In this document: piece after piece, positions 10,890 through 13,201 of the stretch
Layout of the letters: every line of letters starts with the position of its first letter
Numbering within the stretch: the stretch's first letter is position 1
From: Polyangiaceae bacterium
Lineage (GTDB): Bacteria > Myxococcota_A > Polyangia > Polyangiales > Polyangiaceae
Length of the DNA: 13,201 nucleotides
Assembly (NCBI GenBank): GCA_035499695.1
Contig: DATJYG010000339.1
Coordinates: forward strand, 1 to 13,201
Reading direction: 5' to 3'
The notes under the pieces: generated by a model
What the model saw: only the letters and a program-made list of their open reading frames with translations
What the model was told of the DNA's origin: nothing
Database searches by the model: none
Made by a program: the position numbers and the translations under genes

Positions 10890-11662
10890 CACGCGCCCCG
10901 TGCCGCGTAGGGGATGCGCTTCGACCATTCCTCGCGCGCCGAATAGACGATCGGCACGCCCATGATCTCGTCGCCCACCTCTCTGCGGATGCGGTCCGCC
11001 ATCTCGCGCCGATCCACGGCGACTTCGACGGCGTTCGGCTCGGGCTGCGTCTCCCCTTCCATCAAGAGGCCTCTCCCCGGCGGTCGCGTGTCCACGTAGC
11101 TGCCGTCCGGGCGCCGCGCGCCCGCGCACGAGATCGCGACCATGCTCGATCCGGGGCGGCCCGTGAGGAGCATCTCGAGGCGGTCGCGCGCGGCGGAGAG
11201 CAGCCCGAGCGGCACGGAACCGGGTCGCGGAGGCGTCGCTGCGGCCGCCCGACGCGAAGACGCCGCCGGGGCCGCCCGAGACGCGCGGCCCTCCCACCGC
11301 GGCACGATCAAGCAGAAGCCGTCGATGGTGGAGAGGCCCGTCTTGTCGGGGTGCGGGTCGTGGACGATGCGTCGGCCCTTGCCGATGACCGCGTGCGGTC
11401 GCCCGCGCGGCGAGATCCCCGTCATGATGTGGAGCACCCCAGGGAAGGCGGCGCGCGCGGGGTCGGCCGCGAAGTGCATGGCGTAGAGGCCGAATGGCTC
11501 GAGGAAGTCGTCGAGACGTTCGGCCCACTGGAACATGTGCGTGTCCCCTGGCTCCCGGATGAAGCGCGGGACGCTCTCGATCGGGATCTCGAGGAGCGAG
11601 GCGACGCAGGCGCTCATGCAGTTTCCACGAGCGCCTGTCACGGTCTGATCGATGGGGATCAC
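10886..11662 (-). CDS. Two-domain protein with N-terminal papain-like Cys-His-Asp peptidase-like domain
   Basis: GTG 11662 is preceded by AAGAGG with 9-nt spacing. The track start TTG 11797 adds 45 codons of poor GC3. Ordered motifs are TGARGNCMSACVASLL, then SPRGRPHAVIG, then RIVHDPHPD, suggesting a Cys/His/Asp triad. An Ala/Arg/Pro linker and a second domain of ~110 aa follow. Confidence 0.6.
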   Translation of the reverse strand: MIPIDQTVTGARGNCMSACVASLLEIPIESVPRFIREPGDTHMFQWAERLDDFLEPFGLYAMHFAADPARAAFPGVLHIMTGISPRGRPHAVIGKGRRIVHDPHPDKTGLSTIDGFCLIVPRWEGRASRAAPAASSRRAAAATPPRPGSVPLGLLSAARDRLEMLLTGRPGSSMVAISCAGARRPDGSYVDTRPPGRGLLMEGETQPEPNAVEVAVDRREMADRIRREVGDEIMGVPIVYSAREEWSKRIPYAARGAW

Positions 11663-11682
11663 GCTGCGGGACCTCTTCTGCG

Positions 11683-11922
11683 TCAGGACGGAAAGAACGC
11701 GACGCGCTGGAGAAAATACTTCGGGTGCGTGAAGCGCACCGCAAGCTCCTGCCAGCGGGGCGGCCCTCCCGAGCCCGGGTATTCGATGAGCGCCCAAGCC
11801 CGGAAGAAGGCGTCGCGCACCTTGAGGATCTTGAAAAATGAGCCCGAGGTTCCCGGCACCGCGGGCACGATGCTGCCGGGTCCGAGATCGCTCCGGCCCG
11901 TGAAGGCATCGATGATCTTCAT
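11683..11922 (-). CDS. Hypothetical protein (79 aa)
   Basis: ATG 11922 overlaps the upstream stop (ATGA) and is preceded by GAAGGAAGG. Product MKIIDAFTGRSDLGPGSIVPAVPGTSGSFFKILKVRDAFF... Confidence 0.6.
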   Translation of the reverse strand: MKIIDAFTGRSDLGPGSIVPAVPGTSGSFFKILKVRDAFFRAWALIEYPGSGGPPRWQELAVRFTHPKYFLQRVAFFPS

Positions 11923-12200
11923 CGCCTTCCTTCGCGAAACAGCGGCTCCGCCGCGAGCGAGCCGACGGCCGCCGCCGCGCCGTTCAAGAAATGGCTCGCG
12001 ACGCTCCCCTTCGCGAAGGCGAACGAGAGCATGAAGGCCGCCGTTCCGACGCCGAGGGCGACGCCGACGCGCCGCTCGGGATCTGCGCCGCGGCCCCAGG
12101 CGTAACCGGAGGCGACGCCCGAGACGAGCGAGGCGCCGAGCGCGAGCGGTGAGAAGCCGGTCATCTCTTCGTCCCTGACCGAGAACATTTCGTGGGCCAT
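11919..12200 (-). CDS. Small Gly/Ala-rich membrane protein (93 aa)
   Basis: ATG 12200 is preceded by GAGGAG with 5-nt spacing. Hydrophobic segments are GFSPLALGASLVSGVASGYAW, VGVALGVGTAAFMLSFAFA and AAAAVGSLAA. Confidence 0.65.
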   Translation of the reverse strand: MAHEMFSVRDEEMTGFSPLALGASLVSGVASGYAWGRGADPERRVGVALGVGTAAFMLSFAFAKGSVASHFLNGAAAAVGSLAAEPLFREGRR

Positions 12201-12202
12201 CG

Positions 12203-12571
12203 TCACTCCTCGTCTTCGTCTTCGTCGCCGTAGTCGATGTAGTCGTAGAACTCTTTCCACTCGCCGACGACGGGGTTCGCCTTCTTTCCCCTCGCGCGAG
12301 CCTCGCGGTCCTCGAGGACCGCTTCGCGCACGTAGTCTTCGCCGTCGCCCGTGAGCGGGTTCTCGAGGAATACCTGGCAACCGTGGCAGTACTCCGGACT
12401 GTCAGACTCGCCGCCACCGTCCGGATAGGGTCCTTTCGGGTAGTCGCCTGAATCGTAGCTGTACTCGTCGTTCGGGTTCTTGGGCGCCTCCCCGAGTCTC
12501 TTCAGCTTTCGCTTAATCTCTCGAGCGCACAGCGGGCACCAGAGCGCCGCACGATAGAGGTACGCATCCAT
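12203..12571 (-). CDS. Zinc-ribbon protein with acidic tail (122 aa)
   Basis: ATG 12571 shares its A with the upstream TGA (TGATG) and is preceded by AGGAGG with 8-nt spacing. Contains WCPLCAREI ... EYCHGCQVFLENPLTGDG and ends in DYGDEDEDEE. The upstream 85 codons of the track ORF are Arg/Pro-rich and out of phase. Confidence 0.7.
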   Translation of the reverse strand: MDAYLYRAALWCPLCAREIKRKLKRLGEAPKNPNDEYSYDSGDYPKGPYPDGGGESDSPEYCHGCQVFLENPLTGDGEDYVREAVLEDREARARGKKANPVVGEWKEFYDYIDYGDEDEDEE

Positions 12572-13056
12572 CAGCGCCGCCTCCTCTTGCCCCGTTCGAT
12601 CTCGTGCGTGTACTCGAGGCTGCCGAACGAACCCGGTTTGTGACCAAGCCGCTCCTCGAGTTCGTGGGGGCCCATCCCCTCCTCGAGGAGGTCGATCGCG
12701 AAGGCCGGGTCGTAGCCCCTGTCCTCGAGGAGGCCACGCATCTCGGAAAGCTCGCGCTCTTCCGGCGCCGTGAGCGGACGGAGCGTCGCGAAGCGGTGGC
12801 GCCTGCCGTGGAGGCGTGTGCCGCATGCGTCGCAGCGGTGGCGCGCGAACTCCTCGATGCCCTTGTCCTCCTCCGCGTCGAAGTCGGGGACGAGGTTCGG
12901 ACCGAGGGAGTGGACGCCCTTCTTGACTTCTTCTGCGCGCTTGTCGGCCTCTTCGCCGCTGTAGTGGTAGTCGATGCCCGTGAGATCGTCGTTCACCGCA
13001 TAAAGCGTGCAGTCGTCGCAGAGCCAGAGGTCGTCACGATCGATCATCATCGCCAC
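12571..13056 (-). CDS. Zinc-ribbon protein (161 aa)
   Basis: GTG 13056 is preceded by GGAGG with 6-nt spacing. Contains LWLCDDCTLYAVNDDLTGIDY ... RHRCDACGTRLHGRRHRF. Confidence 0.7.
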   Translation of the reverse strand: MAMMIDRDDLWLCDDCTLYAVNDDLTGIDYHYSGEEADKRAEEVKKGVHSLGPNLVPDFDAEEDKGIEEFARHRCDACGTRLHGRRHRFATLRPLTAPEERELSEMRGLLEDRGYDPAFAIDLLEEGMGPHELEERLGHKPGSFGSLEYTHEIERGKRRRR

Positions 13057-13059
13057 GGC

Positions 13060-13201
13060 TCACCTCCAGAAAGCGACGCGGTCGCCGAAGCGGTTGAGCG
13101 CGGCCTGCCGGCGCTTGCACGGCTGGCACGCCTCGATGCCGAAGCCGCGCGCGACGGCGGCGACGAGGTCGCCGATCGGCAGGCGGCTCTTGTTCTCGGC
13201 G
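13060..13201 (-). CDS. Partial CDS (C-terminal 47 codons), small protein with a CxxC motif; N-terminus lies beyond the right edge
   Basis: The minus frame is open from the right edge to TGA 13062-13060. It reads AENKSRLPIGDLVAAVARGFGIEACQPCKRRQAALNRFGDRVAFWR*. GC3 is high. Confidence 0.55.
   Translation of the reverse strand, partial: AENKSRLPIGDLVAAVARGFGIEACQPCKRRQAALNRFGDRVAFWR

Noticed and set aside
10890-11909. Upstream 340 codons of track ORF 10647..11909, and ORFs 11142..11486 (+) and 11351..12034 (+)
   Set aside because: These are Arg-rich off-frame readings of the peptidase-like and neighbouring genes. Only the last ~80 codons (10647..10889) look coding.

Overview
GC-rich window with strong GC3 skew, read by hand. 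It is densely packed with short genes in alternating strand blocks. Gene content looks like a phage or prophage of a high-GC host. -10 boxes of the TAGRRT/TANNNT type and apparently leaderless starts hint at an actinobacterial-type host, but that is only inference.

Contents, left to right:
- 1-1068 (-): a collagen-like Gly-X-Y fibre gene that runs off the left edge.
- 1277-3373: a lipoprotein and several small membrane proteins.
- 3437-4126: a very acidic protein.
- 4137-4595: a possible ADP-ribosyltransferase-fold protein.
- 4576-5127 (-): a DnaA-domain-IV-like HTH protein.
- 5334-5609: a PTH2-type peptidyl-tRNA-hydrolase-like ORF, ending 4 nt before an array of four tRNA-shaped genes (5614-5926).
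- 6012-8061: a regulator block (RHH protein, zinc-ribbon proteins, winged-helix-like protein).
- 8692-10338: a large protein with a glycine-rich C-terminus, probably a tail fibre.
- 10343-13201 (-): an operon of eight small genes linked by start/stop overlaps, including a Cys-His-Asp peptidase-like protein and three zinc-ribbon proteins.

Most unusual observation: all four tRNA-shaped genes keep perfect acceptor, D and T arms, but each has a non-canonical anticodon arm. These are a GAAA tetraloop in place of an anticodon loop, G at position 33, a 9-bp stem with a 9-nt loop, and a 9-nt loop. The adjacent PTH2-like ORF has no canonical start codon upstream of its conserved first strand.

Several apparent frame breaks and out-of-frame overlaps are also flagged. 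No CRISPR array, rRNA, integrase or transposase was seen. All functional calls come from motif recognition by eye, with no database search.
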